Positions 32,801-51,390 are shown, counted from the stretch's first letter. The stretch is 64,000 nucleotides of DNA from Eledone cirrhosa (GCA_964016885.1 OZ024745.1:71238001-71302000), one strand, 5' to 3'. Numbers and translations are program-made. The notes: a model not told the origin generated them from the letters alone.

Positions 32801-34289
32801 TAACACTACTGTCATCACCATTTACACTACTGTCATCACCATTATCACTACTGTCATCACCATTAACACTACTGTCATCACCATTAACACTACTGTCATC
32901 ACCACTAACACTACTGTCATCACCATTTACACTACTGTCATCACCATTATCACTACTGTCATCACCATTAACACTGCTGTCATCACCATTAACACTACTG
33001 TCATCACCATTAACACTGCTGTCATCACCATTAACGCTAATGTCATCACCATTAACACTGCTGTCAACACCATTAACACTACTGTCATCACCATTAACAC
33101 TACTGTCAACACCATTAACACTACTGTCATCACCATTAACACTGCTGTCAACACCATTAACACTACTGTCATCACCATTAACACTACTGTCAACACCATT
33201 AACACTACTGTCATCACCATTAACACTGCTCTCAACACCATTAACACTACTGTCATCACCATTAACACTACTGTCATCACCATTAACACTGCTGTCAACA
33301 CCATTAACACTACTGTCATCACCAATAACACTACTGTCCTCACCATTAACAATACTGTCATCACCATTAACACTGCTGTCATCACTATTAACACTACTGT
33401 CATCACCATTAACACTACTGTCATCACCTTTAACACTACTGTCATCACCATTAACACTACTGTCATCACCATTAACACTGCTGTCAACACCATTAACACT
33501 ACTGTCATCACCATTAACACTACTGTCATCACCATTAACACTACTGTCAACACCATTAACACTACTGTCTTCACCATTAACACTGCTGTCAACACCATTA
33601 ACACTGCTGTCAACACCATTAACACTACTGTCATCATCATTAACACTACTGTCATCACCATTAACACTACTGTCATCACCATTAACACTGATGTCAACAC
33701 CATTAACACTACTGTCATCAGCATTAACACTACTGTCATCACCATTAACACTGCTGTCATCACCATTAACACTACTGTCATCACCATTAACACTGCTGTC
33801 ATCACCATTAACACTACTGTCATCACCATTAACACTACTGTCAACACCATTAACACTGCTGTCATCACCATTAACACTACTGTCATCACCATTAACACTA
33901 CTGTCATCACCATTAACACTACTGTCATCACCATTAACACTGCTGTCATCACCATTAACACTACTGTCATCACCATTAACACTACTGTCAACACCATTAA
34001 CACTGCTGTCATCACCATTAACACTACTGTCATCACCATTAACACTACTGTCATCACCATTAACACTACTGTCATCACCATTAACACTACTGTCATCACC
34101 ATTAACACTGCTGTCATCACCATTAACACTACTGTCATCACCATTAACACTACTGTCAACACCATTAACACTGCTGTCATCACCATTAACACTACTGTCA
34201 TCACCATTAACACTGCTGTCATCACCATTAACACTACTGTCATCACCATTAACACTGCTGTCATCACCATTAACACTACTGTCATCACC

Positions 34290-37200
34290 ATTAACACTAC
34301 TGTCATCACCACTAACACTACTGTCATCACCATTAACACTAGTGTCATCACCATTAACACTACTGTCATCACCATTAACACTACTGTCATCACCATTAAC
34401 ACTACTGTCATCACCACTAACACTACTGTCATCACCACTAACACTACTGTCATCACCATTAACACTACTGTCATCACCATTAATACTACTGTCATCACCA
34501 TTAACACTACTGTCATCACCACTAACACTACTGTCATCACCATTAACACTAGTGTCATCACCATTAACACTACTGTCATCACCATTAACACTACTGTCAT
34601 CACCATTAACACTACTGTCATCACCATTAACACTACTGTCATCACCATTAACACTACTGTCATCACCACTAACACTACTGTCATCACCATTAACACTACT
34701 GTCATCACCATTAACACTACTGTCATCACCATTAACACTACTGTCATCACCACTAACACTACTGTCATCACCATTATCACTACTGTCATCACCATTAACA
34801 CTACTGTCATCACCATTAACACTGCTGTCATCACCACTAACACTACTGTCATCACCATTTTCACTACTGTCATCACCATTAACACTACCGTCATCACCAT
34901 TAACACTACTGTCATCACCATTAACACTACTGTCATCACCATTAACACTACTGTCATCACCTTTAACACTACTGTCATCACCATTAACACTACTGTCATC
35001 ACCATTAACACTGCTGTCAACACCATTAACACTACTGTCATCACCATTAACACTACTGTCATCACCATTAACACTACTGTCAACACCATTAACACTACTG
35101 TCTTCACCATTAACACTGCTGTCAACACCATTAACACTGCTGCCATCACCATTAACACTGCTGTCATCACCATTAACACTACTGTCATCACCATTAACAC
35201 TACTGTCATCACCATTAACACTACTGTCATCACCATTAACACTACTGTCATCACCATTAACACTACTGTCATCACCATTAACACTACTGTCATCACCATT
35301 AACACTACTGTCAACAACTTTAACACTACTGTCATCACCAATAACACTGCTGTCAACACCATTAACCCTGCTGTCATCACCATTAACACTGCTGTCATCA
35401 CCATTAACACTACTGTCATCACCATTAACACTACTCTCAACACCATTAACACTGCTGTCATCACCATTAACAATGCTGTCAACACCATTAACACTACTGT
35501 CATCACCATTAACACTACTGTCAACACCATTAACACTACTGTCATCACCATTAACACTACTGTCATCACCATTAACACTACTGTCATCACCATTAACACT
35601 ACTGTCATCACCATTAACACTACTGTCATCACCATTAACACTGCTGTCATCACCATTAACACTACTGTCATCACCATTAACACTGCTGTCATCACCATTA
35701 ACGCTACTGTCATCACAATTAACACTGCTGTCAACACCATTAACACTACTGTCATCACCATTAACACTACTGTCAACACCATTAACACTACTGTCATCAC
35801 CATTAACACTGCTGTCAACACCATTAACACTACTGTCATCACCATTAACACTACTGTCAACACCATTAACACTACTGTCATCACCATTAACACTGCTCTC
35901 AACACCATTAACACTACTGTCATCACCATTAACACTACTGTCATCACCATTAACACTGCTGTCAACACCATTAACACTACTGTCATCACCAATATCACTA
36001 CTGTCCTCACCATTAACAATACTGTCATCACCATTAACACTGCTGTCATCACTATTAACACTACTGTCATGACCATTAACACTACTGTCATCACCTTTAA
36101 CACTACTGTCATCACCATTAACACTACTGTCATCACCATTAACACTGCTGTCAACACCATTAACACTACTGTCATCACTATAACACTACTGTCATCACCA
36201 TTAACACTACTGTCAACACCATTAACACTACTGTCTTCACCATTAACACTGCTGTCAACACCATTAACACTGCTGTCAACACCATTAACACTACTGTCAT
36301 CATCATTAACACTACTGTCATCACTATTAACACTACTGTCATCACCATTAACACTGATGTCAACACCATTAACACTACTGTCATCAGCATTAACACTACT
36401 GTCATCACCATTAACACTGCTGTCATCACCATTAACACTACTGTCATCACCATTAACACTGCTGTCATCACCATTAACACTACTGTCATCACCATTAACA
36501 CTACTGTCAACACCATTAACACTGCTGTCATCACCATTAACACTACTGTCATCACCATTAACACTACTGTCATCACCATTAACACTACTGTCATCACCAT
36601 TAACACTGCTGTCATCACCTTTAACACTACTGTCATCACCATTAACACTGATGTCAACACCATTAACACTACTGTCATCAGCATTAACACTACTGTCATC
36701 ACCATTAACACTGCTGTCATCACCATTAACACTACTGTCATCACCATTAACACTGCTGTCATCACCATTAACACTACTGTCATCACCATTAACACTACTG
36801 TCAACACCATTAACACTGCTGTCATCACCATTAACACTACTGTCATCACCATTAACACTACTGTCATCACCATTAACACTACTGTCATCACCATTAACAC
36901 TGCTGTCATCACCATTAACACTACTGTCATCACCATTAACACTACTGTCAACACCATTAACACTGCTGTCATCACCATTAACACTACTGTCATCACCATT
37001 AACACTACTGTCATCACCATTAACACTACTGTCATCACCATTAACACTACTGTCATCACCATTAACACTGCTGTCATCACCATTAACACTACTGTCATCA
37101 CCATTAACACTACTGTCAACACCATTAACACTGCTGTCATCACCATTAACACTACTGTCATCACCATTAACACTGCTGTCATCACCATTAACACTACTGT

Positions 37201-39540
37201 CATCACCATTAACACTACTGTCATCACCACTAACACTACTGTCATCACCATTAACACTAGTGTCATCACCATTAACACTACTGTCATCACCATTAACACT
37301 ACTGTCATCACCATTAACACTACTGTCATCACCACTAACACTACTGTCATCACCACTAACACTACTGTCATCACCATTAACACTACTGTCATCACCATTA
37401 ATACTACTGTCATCACCATTAACACTACTGTCATCACCACTAACACTACTGTCATCACCATTAACACTAGTGTCATCACCATTAACACTACTGTCATCAC
37501 CATTAACACTACTGTCATCACCATTAACACTACTGTCATCACCATTAACACTACTGTCATCACCATTAACACTACTGTCATCACCACTAACACTACTGTC
37601 ATCACCATTAACACTACTGTCATCACCATTAACACTACTGTCATCACCATTAACACTACTGTCATCACCACTAACACTACTGTCATCACCATTATCACTA
37701 CTGTCATCACCATTAACACTACTGTCATCACCATTAACACTGCTGTCATCACCACTAACACTACTGTCATCACCATTTTCACTACTGTCATCACCATTAA
37801 CACTACCGTCATCACCATTAACACTACTGTCATCACCATTAACACTACTGTCATCACCATTAACACTACTGTCATCACCTTTAACACTACTGTCATCACC
37901 ATTAACACTACTGTCATCACCATTAACACTGCTGTCAACACCATTAACACTACTGTCATCACCATTAACACTACTGTCATGACCATTAACACTACTGTCA
38001 ACACCATTAACACTACTGTCTTCACCATTAACACTGCTGTCAACACCATTAACACTGCTGCCATCACCATTAACACTGCTGTCATCACCATTAACACTAC
38101 TGTCATCACCATTAACACTACTGTCATCACCATTAACACTACTGTCATCACCATTAACACTACTGTCATCACCATTAACACTACTGTCATCACCATTAAC
38201 ACTACTGTCATCACCATTAACACTACTGTCAACACCTTTAACACTACTGTCATCACCAATAACACTGCTGTCAACACCATTAACCCTGCTGTCATCACCA
38301 TTAACACTGCTGTCATCACCATTAACACTACTGTCATCACCATTAACACTACTCTCAACACCATTAACACTGCTGTCATCACCATTAACAATGCTGTCAA
38401 CACCATTAACACTACTGTCATCACCATTAACACTACTGTCAACACCATTAACACTACTGTCATCACCATTAACACTACTGTCATCACCATTAACACTACT
38501 GTCATCACCATTAACACTACTGTCATCACCATTAACACTACTGTCATCACCATTAACACTGCTGTCATCACCATTAACACTACTGTCATCACCATTAACA
38601 CTGCTGTCATCACCATTAACGCTACTGTCATCACAATTAACACTGCTGTCAACACCATTAACACTACTGTCATCACCATTAACACTACTGTCAACACCAT
38701 TAACACTACTGTCATCACCATTAACACTGCTGTCAACACCATTAACACTACTGTCATCACCATTAACACTACTGTCAACACCATTAACACTACTGTCATC
38801 ACCATTAACACTGCTCTCAACACCATTAACACTACTGTCATCACCATTAACACTACTGTCATCACCATTAACACTGCTGTCAACACCATTAACACTACTG
38901 TCATCACCAATAACACTACTGTCCTCACCATTAACAATACTGTCATCACCATTAACACTGCTGTCATCACTATTAACACTACTGTCATGACCATTAACAC
39001 TACTGTCATCACCTTTAACACTACTGTCATCACCATTAACACTACTGTCATCACCATTAACACTGCTGTCAACACCATTAACACTACTGTCATCACCATT
39101 AACACTACTGTCATCACCATTAACACTACTGTCAACACCATTAACACTACTGTCTTCACCATTAACACTGCTGTCAACACCATTAACACTGCTGTCAACA
39201 CCATTAACACTACTGTCATCATCATTAACACTACTGTCATCACTATTAACACTACTGTCATCACCATTAACACTGATGTCAACACCATTAACACTACTGT
39301 CATCAGCATTAACACTACTGTCATCACCATTAACACTGCTGTCATCACCATTAACACTACTGTCATCACCATTAACACTGCTGTCATCACCATTAACACT
39401 ACTGTCATCACCATTAACACTACTGTCAACACCATTAACACTGCTGTCATCACCATTAACACTACTGTCATCACCATTAACACTACTGTCATCACCATTA
39501 ACACTACTGTCATCACCATTAACACTGCTGTCATCACCTT
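34290..39540. repeat. Near-tandem duplication with ~2.9 kb period (offset 2918/2919 = 139 units)
   Basis: Private markers cattttcac 34857/37775, gtcatGacc 36071/38989 and gctgtcatcaccTtt 36620/39539. The 1-bp change in offset is explained by the deletion at ~36180. Confidence 0.87.
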
Positions 39541-42500
39541 TAACACTACTGTCATCACCATTAACACTACTGTCAACACCATTAACACTGCTGTCAACAC
39601 CATTAACACTACTGTCATCATCATTAACACTACTGTCATCACTATTAACACTACTGTCATCACCATTAACACTGATGTCAACACCATTAACACTACTGTC
39701 ATCAGCATTAACACTACTGTCATCACCATTAACACTGCTGTCATCACCATTAACACTACTGTCATCACCATTAACACTGCTGTCATCACCATTAACACTA
39801 CTGTCATCACCATTAACACTACTGTCAACACCATTAACACTGCTGTCATCACCATTAACACTACTGTCATCACCATTAACACTACTGTCATCACCATTAA
39901 CACTACTGTCATCACCATTAACACTGCTGTCATCACCTTTAACACTACTGTCATCACCATTAACACTACTGTCATCACCATTAACACTGCTGTCAACACC
40001 ATTAACACTACTGTCATCACCATTAACACTACTGTCATCACCATTAACACTACTGTCAACACCATTAACACTACTGTCTTCACCATTAACACTGCTGTCA
40101 ACACCATTAACACTGCTGCCATCACCATTAACACTGCTGTCATCACCATTAACACTACTGTCATCACCATTAACACTACTGTCATCACCATTAACACTAC
40201 TGTCATCACCATTAACACTACTGTCAACACCTTTAACACTACTGTCATCACCAATAACACTGCTGTCAACACCATTAACCCTGCTGTCATCACCATTAAC
40301 ACTGCTGTCATCACCATTAACACTACTGTCATCACCATTAACACTACTCTCAACACCATTAACACTGCTGTCATCACCATTAACAATGCTGTCAACACCA
40401 TTAACACTACTGTCATCACCATTAACACTACTCTCAACACCATTAACACTACTGTCATCACCATTAACACTACTGTCATCACCATTAACACTACTGTCAT
40501 CACCATTAACACTACTGTCATCACCATTAACACTACTGTCATCACCATTAACACTGCTGTCATCACCATTAACACTACTGTCATCACCATTAACACTGCT
40601 GTCATCACCATTAACGCTACTGTCATCACCATTAACACTGCTGTCAACACCATTAACACTACTGTCATCACCATTAACACTACTGTCAACACCATTAACA
40701 CTACTGTCATCACCATTAACACTGCTGTCAACACCATTAACACTACTGTCATCACCATTAACACTACTGTCAACACCATTAACACTACTGTCATCACCAT
40801 TAACACTGCTCTCAACACCATTAACACTACTGTCATCACCATTAACACTACTGTCATCACCATTAACACTGCTGTCAACACCATTAACACTACTGTCATC
40901 ACCAATAACACTACTGTCCTCACCATTAACAATACTGTCATCACCATTAACACTGCTGTCATCACTATTAACACTACTGTCATCACCATTAACACTACTG
41001 TCATCACCTTTAACACTACTGTCATCACCATTAACACTACTGTCATCACCATTAACACTGCTGTCAACACCATTAACACTACTGTCATCACCATTAACAC
41101 TACTGTCATCACCATTAACACTACTGTCAACACCATTAACACTACTGTCTTCACCATTAACACTGCTGTCAACACCATTAACACTGCTGTCAACACCATT
41201 AACACTACTGTCATCATCATTAACACTACTGTCATCACTATTAACACTACTGTCATCACCATTAACACTGATGTCAACACCATTAACACTACTGTCATCA
41301 GCATTAACACTACTGTCATCACCATTAACACTGCTGTCATCACCATTAACACTACTGTCATCACCATTAACACTGCTGTCATCACCATTAACACTACTGT
41401 CATCACCATTAACACTACTGTCAACACCATTAACACTGCTGTCATCACCATTAACACTACTGTCATCACCATTAACACTACTGTCATCACCATTAACACT
41501 ACTGTCATCACCATTAACACTGCTGTCATCACCATTAACACTACTGTCATCACCATTAACACTACTGTCAACACCATTAACACTGCTGTCATCACCATTA
41601 ACACTACTGTCATCACCAATAACACTACTGTCAACACCATTAACACTACTGTCATCACAATTAACACTGCTGTCATCACCATTAACACTACTGTCATCAC
41701 CATTAACACTACTGTCATCACCATTAACACTGCTGTCATCACCATTAACACTGCTGTCATCACCATTAACACTACTGTCATCACCATTATCACTACTGTC
41801 ATCACCATTAACACTACTGTCATCACCATTAACACTACTATCAACACCATTATCACTACTGTCGTCACCATTAACACTACTGTCATCACCATTAACACTA
41901 CTGTCATCACCATTAACACTACTGTCATCACCATTAACACTACTGTCATCACCATTAACACTACTGTCATCACCATTAACACTACTGTCATCACCATTAA
42001 CACTACTGTCATCACCTTTAACACTACTGTCCTCACCATTATCACTACTGTCATCACCATTAACACTACTGTCATCACCATTAACACTACTGTCATCACC
42101 ATTAACACTACTGTCATCACCATTAACACTACTGTCATCACCATTAACACTACTGTCATCACCATTAACACTGCTGTCACGACCATTAACACTACTGTCA
42201 TCACCATTAACACTACTGTCATCACCATTAACACTACTGTCATCACCATTAACACTGCTGTCATCACCATTAACACTACTGTCATCACCATTAACACTAC
42301 TGTCATCACCATTAACACTACTGTCATCACCATTAACACTACTGTCATCACCATTAACACTGCTGTCACCACCATTAACACTACTGTCATCACCATTAAC
42401 ACTACTGTCATCACCATTAACACTACTGTCATCACCATTAACACTGCTGTCAACACAATTAACACTACTGTCATCACCATTAACACTACTGTCATCACCA

Positions 42501-45500
42501 TTAACACTACTGTCAACACCATTAACACTACTGTCATCACCATTAACACTGCTGTCAACACCATTAACACTGCTGTCATCACCATTAACACTGCTGTCAT
42601 CACCATTAACACTACTGTCATCACCATTAACACTACTGTCAACACCATTAACACTGCTGTCATAACCATTAACACTGCTGTCAACACCATTAACACTACT
42701 GTCATCACCATTAACACTACTGTCAACACCATTAACACTACTGTCATCACCATTATCACTACTGTCATCACCATTAACACTACTGTCATCACCATTAACA
42801 CTACTGTCATCACCATTAACACTGCTGTCATCACCATTAACACTACTGTCATCACCATTAACACTGCTGTCATCACAATTAACGCTACTGCCATCACTAT
42901 TAACAATGCTGTCAACACCATTAACACTACTGTCATCACCATAAACACTACTGTCAACACTATTAACACTACTGTCATCACCATTATCACTACTGTCATC
43001 ACCATTAACACTACTGTCAACACCATTAACACTACTGCCATCACCATTAACACTGCTGTCATCACCATTAACACTGCTGCCATCACCATTAACACTACTG
43101 TCATCATCAATAACACTGCTGTCATCAACATCAACACTACTGTCATCACCATTAACACTGCTGTCATCACCATTAACACTGCTGTCATCACCATTAACAC
43201 TGCTGTCAACACCATTAACACTACTGTCATCACCAATAACACTGCTGTCATCACCATTAACACTACTGTCAACACCAGTAACACTGCTGTCATCACCATT
43301 AACACTACTGTCAACACCATTAACACTACTGTCATCATCATTAACACTACTGTCATCACCATTAACACTTCTGTCATCACCATTAACACTACTGTCATCA
43401 CCATTAACACTGCTGTCATCACCATTAACACTAATGTCATCACCATTAACACTGCTGTCATCACCATTAACACTACTGTCATCACCATTAACACTACTGT
43501 CAACAGCATTAACACTACTGTCATCACCATTAACACTGCTGTCATCACCATTAACACTAATGTCATCACCATTAACACTGCTGTCATCACCATTAACACT
43601 ACTGTCATCACCATTAACACTAATGTCATCACCATTAACACTACTGTCATCACCATTAACACTACTGTCAACACCATTAACACTACTGTCATTACCATTA
43701 ACACTGCTGTCATCACCATTAACACTACTGTCATCACCATTAACACTACTGTCATCACCATTTACACTACTGTCATCACCATTATCACTACTGTCATCAC
43801 CATTAACACTACTGTCATCACCATTAACACTACTGTCATCACCATTAACACTACTGTCATCACCACTAACACTACTGTCATCACCATTTACACTACTGTC
43901 ATCACCATTATCACTACTGTCATCACCATTAACACTGCTGTCATCACCATTAACACTACTGTCATCACCATTAACACTGCTGTCATCACCATTAACGCTA
44001 ATGTCATCACCATTAACACTGCTGTCAACACCATTAACACTACTGTCATCACCATTAACACTACTGTCAACACCATTAACACTACTGTCATCACCATTAA
44101 CACTGCTGTCAACACCATTAACACTACTGTCATCACCATTAACACTACTGTCAACACCATTAACACTACTGTCATCACCATTAACACTGCTCTCAACACC
44201 ATTAACACTACTGTCATCACCATTAACACTACTGTCATCACCATTAACACTGCTGTCAACACCATTAACACTACTGTCATCACCAATAACACTACTGTCC
44301 TCACCATTAACAATACTGTCATCACCATTAACACTGCTGTCATCACTATTAACACTACTGTCATCACCATTAACACTACTGTCATCACCTTTAACACTAC
44401 TGTCATCACCATTAACACTACTGTCATCACCATTAACACTGCTGTCAACACCATTAACACTACTGTCATCACCATTAACACTACTGTCATCAGCATTAAC
44501 ACTACTGTCAACACCATTAACACTACTGTCTTCACCATTAACACTGCTGTCAACACCATTAACACTGCTGTCAACACCATTAACACTACTGTCATCATCA
44601 TTAACACTACTGTCATCACCATTAACACTACTGTCATCACCATTAACACTGATGTCAACACCATTAACACTACTGTCATCAGCATTAACACTACTGTCAT
44701 CACCATTAACACTGCTGTCATCACCATTAACACTACTGTCATCACCATTAACACTGCTGTCATCACCATTAACACTACTGTCATCACCATTAACACTACT
44801 GTCAACACCATTAACACTGCTGTCATCACCATTAACACTACTGTCATCACCATTAACACTACTGTCATCACCATTAACACTACTGTCATCACCATTAACA
44901 CTGCTGTCATCACCATTAACACTACTGTCATCACCATTAACACTACTGTCAACACCATTAACACTGCTGTCATCACCATTAACACTACTGTCATCACCAT
45001 TAACACTACTGTCATCACCATTAACACTACTGTCATCACCATTAACACTACTGTCATCACCATTAACACTGCTGTCATCACCATTAACACTACTGTCATC
45101 ACCATTAACACTACTGTCAACACCATTAACACTGCTGTCATCACCATTAACACTACTGTCATCACCATTAACACTGCTGTCATCAGCATTAACACTACTG
45201 TCATCACCATTAACACTGCTGTCATCACCATTAACACTACTGTCATCACCATTAACACTACTGTCATCACCACTAACACTACTGTCATCACCATTAACAC
45301 TAGTGTCATCACCATTAACACTACTGTCATCACCATTAACACTACTGTCATCACCATTAACACTACTGTCATCACCACTAACACTACTGTCATCACCACT
45401 AACACTACTGTCATCACCATTAACACTACTGTCATCACCATTAATACTACTGTCATCACCATTAACACTACTGTCATCACCACTAACACTACTGTCATCA

Positions 45501-48500
45501 CCATTAACACTAGTGTCATCACCATTAACACTACTGTCATCACCATTAACACTACTGTCATCACCATTAACACTACTGTCATCACCATTAACACTACTGT
45601 CATCACCATTAACACTACTGTCATCACCACTAACACTACTGTCATCACCATTAACACTACTGTCATCACCATTAACACTACTGTCATCACCATTAACACT
45701 ACTGTCATCACCACTAACACTACTGTCATCACCATTATCACTACTGTCATCACCATTAACACTACTGTCATCACCAATAACACTGCTGTCATCACCACTA
45801 ACACTACTGTCATCACCATTATCACTACTGTCATCACCATTAACACTACCGTCATCACCATTAACACTACTGTCATCACCATTAACACTACTGTCATCAC
45901 CATTAACACTACTGTCATCACCTTTAACACTACTGTCATCACCATTAACACTACTGTCATCACCATTAACACTGCTGTCAACACCATTAACACTACTGTC
46001 ATCACCATTAACACTACTGTCATCACCATTAACACTACTGTCAACACCATTAACACTACTGTCTTCACCATTAACACTGCTGTCAACACCATTAACACTG
46101 CTGCCATCACCATTAACACTGCTGTCATCACCATTAACACTACTGTCATCACCATTAACACTACTGTCATCACCATTAACACTACTGTCATCACCATTAA
46201 CACTACTGTCATCACCATTAACACTACTGTCATCACCATTAACACTACTGTCATCACCATTAACACTACTGTCATCACCATTAACACTACTGTCATCACC
46301 ACTAACACTACTGTCATCACCATTTACACTACTGTCATCACCATTATCACTACTGTCATCACCATTAACACTGCTGTCATCACCATTAACACTACTGTCA
46401 TCACCATTAACACTGCTGTCATCACCATTAACGCTAATGTCATCACCATTAACACTGCTGTCAACACCATTAACACTACTGTCATCACCATTAACACTAC
46501 TGTCAACACCATTAACACTAATGTCATCACCATTAACACTGCTGTCAACACCATTAACACTACTGTCATCACCATTAACACTACTGTCAACACCATTAAC
46601 ACTACTGTCATCACCATTAACACTGCTCTCAACACCATTAACACTACTGTCATCACCATTAACACTACTGTCATCACCATTAACACTGCTGTCAACACCA
46701 TTAACACTACTGTCATCACCAATAACACTACTGTCCTCACCATTAACAATACTGTCATCACCATTAACACTGCTGTCATCACTATTAACACTACTGTCAT
46801 CACCATTAACACTACTGTCATCACCTTTAACACTACTGTCATCACCATTAACACTACTGTCATCACCATTAACACTGCTGTCAACACCATTAACACTACT
46901 GTCATCACCATTAACACTACTGTCATCACCATTAACACTACTGTCAACACCATTAACACTACTGTCTTCACCATTAACACTGCTGTCAACACCATTAACA
47001 CTGCTGTCAACACCATTAACACTACTGTCATCATCATTAACACTACTGTCATCACCATTAACACTACTGTCATCACCATTAACACTGATGTCAACACCAT
47101 TAACACTACTGTCATCAGCATTAACACTACTGTCATCACCATTAACACTGCTGTCATCACCATTAACACTACTGTCATCACCATTAACACTACTGTCAAC
47201 ACCATTAACACTGCTGTCATCACCATTAACACTACTGTCATCACCATTAACACTACTGTCATCACCATTAACACTACTGTCATCACCATTAACACTGCTG
47301 TCATCACCATTAACACTACTGTCATCACCATTAACACTACTGTCAACACCATTAACACTGCTGTCATCACCATTAACACTACTGTCATCACCATTAACAC
47401 TACTGTCATCACCATTAACACTACTGTCATCACCATTAACACTACTGTCATCACCATTAACACTGCTGTCATCACCATTAACACTACTGTCATCACCATT
47501 AACACTACTGTCAACACCATTAACACTGCTGTCATCACCATTAACACTACTGTCATCACCATTAACACTGCTGTCATCACCATTAACACTACTGTCATCA
47601 CCATTAACACTGCTGTCATCACCATTAACACTACTGTCATCACCATTAACACTACTGTCATCACCACTAACACTACTGTCATCACCATTAACACTAGTGT
47701 CATCACCATTAACACTACTGTCATCACCATTAACACTACTGTCATCACCATTAACACTACTGTCATCACCACTAACACTACTGTCATCACCACTAACACT
47801 ACTGTCATCACCATTAACACTACTGTCATCACCATTAATACTACTGTCATCACCATTAACACTACTGTCATCACCACTAACACTACTGTCATCACCATTA
47901 GCACTAGTGTCATCACCATTAACACTACTGTCATCACCATTAACACTACTGTCATCACCATTAACACTACTGTCATCACCATTAACACTACTGTCATCAC
48001 CATTAACACTACTGTCATCACCACTAACACTACTGTCATCACCATTAACACTACTGTCATCACCATTAACACTACTGTCATCACCATTAACACTACTGTC
48101 ATCACCACTAACACTACTGTCATCACCATTATCACTACTGTCATCACCATTAACACTACTGTCATCACCATTAACACTGCTGTCATCACCACTAACACTA
48201 CTGTCATCACCATTATCACTACTGTCATCACCATTAACACTGCCGTCATCACCATTAACACTACTGTCATCACCATTAACACTACTGTCATCACCATTAA
48301 CACTACTGTCATCACCTTTAACACTACTGTCATCACCATTAACACTACTGTCATCACCATTAACACTGCTGTCAACACCATTAACACTACTGTCATCACC
48401 ATTAACACTACTGTCATCACCATTAACACTACTGTCAACACCATTAACACTACTGTCTTCACCATTAACACTGCTGTCAACACCATTAACACTGCTGCCA

Positions 48501-49299
48501 TCACCATTAACACTGCTGTCATCACCATTAACACTACTGTCATCACCATTAACACTACTGTCATCACCATTAACACTACTGTCATCACCATTAACACTAC
48601 TGTCATCACCATTAACACTACTGTCATCACCATTAACACTACTGTCATCACCATTAACACTACTGTCAACACCTTTAACACTACTGTCATCACCAATAAC
48701 ACTGCTGTCAACACCATTAACCCTGCTGTCATCACCATTAACACTGCTGTCATCACCATTAACACTGCTGTCATCACCATTAACACTACTCTCAACACCA
48801 TTAACACTGCTGTCATCACCATTAACAATGCTGTCAACACCATTAACACTACTGTCATCACCATTAACACTACTGTCAACACCATTAACACTACTGTCAT
48901 CACCATTAACACTACTGTCATCACCATTAACACTACTGTCATCACCATTAACACTACTGTCATCACCATTAACACTACTGTCATCACCATTAACACTGCT
49001 GTCATCACCATTAACACTACTGTCATCACCATTAACACTGCTGTCATCACCATTAACGCTACTGTCATCACCATTAACACTGCTGTCAACACCATTAACA
49101 CTACTGTCATCACCATTAACACTACTGTCAACACCATTAACACTACTGTCATCACCATTAACACTGCTGTCAACACCATTAACACTACTGTCATCACCAT
49201 TAACACTACTGTCAACACCATTAACACTACTGTCATCACCATTAACACTGCTCTCAACACCATTAACACTACTGTCATCACCATTAACACTACTGTCAT

Positions 49300-51390
49300 C
49301 ACCATTAACACTGCTGTCAACACCATTAACACTACTGTCATCACCAATAACACTACTGTCCTCACCATTAACAATACTGTCATCACCATTAACACTGCTG
49401 TCATCACTATTAACACTACTGTCATCACCATTAACACTACTGTCATCACCTTTAACACTACTGTCATCACCATTAACACTACTGTCATCACCATTAACAC
49501 TGCTGTCAACACCATTAACACTACTGTCATCACCATTAACACTACTGTCATCACCATTAACACTACTGTCAACACCATTAACACTACTGTCTTCACCATT
49601 AACACTGCTGTCAACACCATTAACACTGCTGTCAACACCATTAACACTACTGTCATCATCATTAACACTACTGTCATCACTATTAACACTACTGTCATCA
49701 CCATTAACACTGATGTCAACACCATTAACACTACTGTCATCAGCATTAACACTACTGTCATCACCATTAACACTGCTGTCATCACCATTAACACTACTGT
49801 CATCACCATTAACACTGCTGTCATCACCATTAACACTACTGTCATCACCATTAACACTACTGTCAACACCATTAACACTGCTGTCATCACCATTAACACT
49901 ACTGTCATCACCATTAACACTACTGTCATCACCATTAACACTACTGTCATCACCATTAACACTGCTGTCATCACCATTAACACTACTGTCATCACCATTA
50001 ACACTACTGTCAACACCATTAACACTGCTGTCATCACCATTAACACTACTGTCATCACCATTAACACTACTGTCATCACCATTAACACTACTGTCATCAC
50101 CATTAACACTACTGTCATCACCATTAACACTGCTGTCATCACCATTAACACTACTGTCATCACCATTAACACTACTGTCAACACCATTAACACTGCTGTC
50201 ATCACCATTAACACTACTGTGATCACCATTAACACTGCTGTCATCACCATTAACACTACTGTCATCACCATTAACACTGCTGTCATCACCATTAACACTA
50301 CTGTCATCACCATTAACACTACTGTCATCACCACTAACACTACTGTCATCACCATTAACACTAGTGTCATCACCATTAACACTACTGTCATCACCATTAA
50401 CACTACTGTCATCACCATTAACACTACTGTCATCACCACTAACACTACTGTCATCACCACTAACACTACTGTCATCACCATTAACACTACTGTCATCACC
50501 ATTAATACTACTGTCATCACCATTAACACTACTGTCATCACCACTAACACTACTGTCATCACCATTAACACTAGTGTCATCACCATTAATACTACTGTCA
50601 TCACCATTAACACTACTGTCATCACCATTAACACTACTGTCATCACCATTAACACTACTGTCATCACCATTAACACTACTGTCATCACCATTAACACTAC
50701 TGTCATCACCATTAACACTACTGTCATCACCATTAACACTACTGTCATCACCATTAACACTACTGTCATCACCATTCTCACTACTGTCATCACCATTAAA
50801 ACTACTGACATCACCATTAACACTACTGTCAACACCATTATCACTACTGTCATCACCATTAACACTACTGACATCACCATTAACACTACTGTCATCACCA
50901 TTAACACTACTGTCATCACCATTAACACTACTGTCATCACCATTAACACTACTGTCATCACCATTAACACTACTGTCATCACCATTAACACTACTGTCAT
51001 CACCATTAACACTACTGTCAACACCATTAACACTACTGTCATCACCATTAACACTACTGTCACCACCATTAACACTACTGTCAACACCATTAACACTACT
51101 GTCATCACCATTAACACTACTGTCACCACCATTAGCACTACTGTCATCACCATTAACACTACTGTCAACACCATTAACACTACTGTCATCACCATTAACA
51201 CTACTGTCATCACCATTAACACTACTGTCATCACCATTAACACTACTGTCAACACCGTTAACACTACTGTCATCACCATTAACACTACTGTCACCACCAT
51301 TAGCACTACTGTCATCACCATTAACACTACTGTCAACACCATTAACACTGCTGTCACCACCATTAACACTACTGTCATCACCATTAACAC
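49300..51390. repeat. ~2.1 kb block duplicated at ~56398-58488 (offset 7098 = 338 units)
   Basis: Markers gtcCtcacc 49361/56459, attCtcac 50777/57875 and ccGttaac 51257/58355. Confidence 0.85.
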
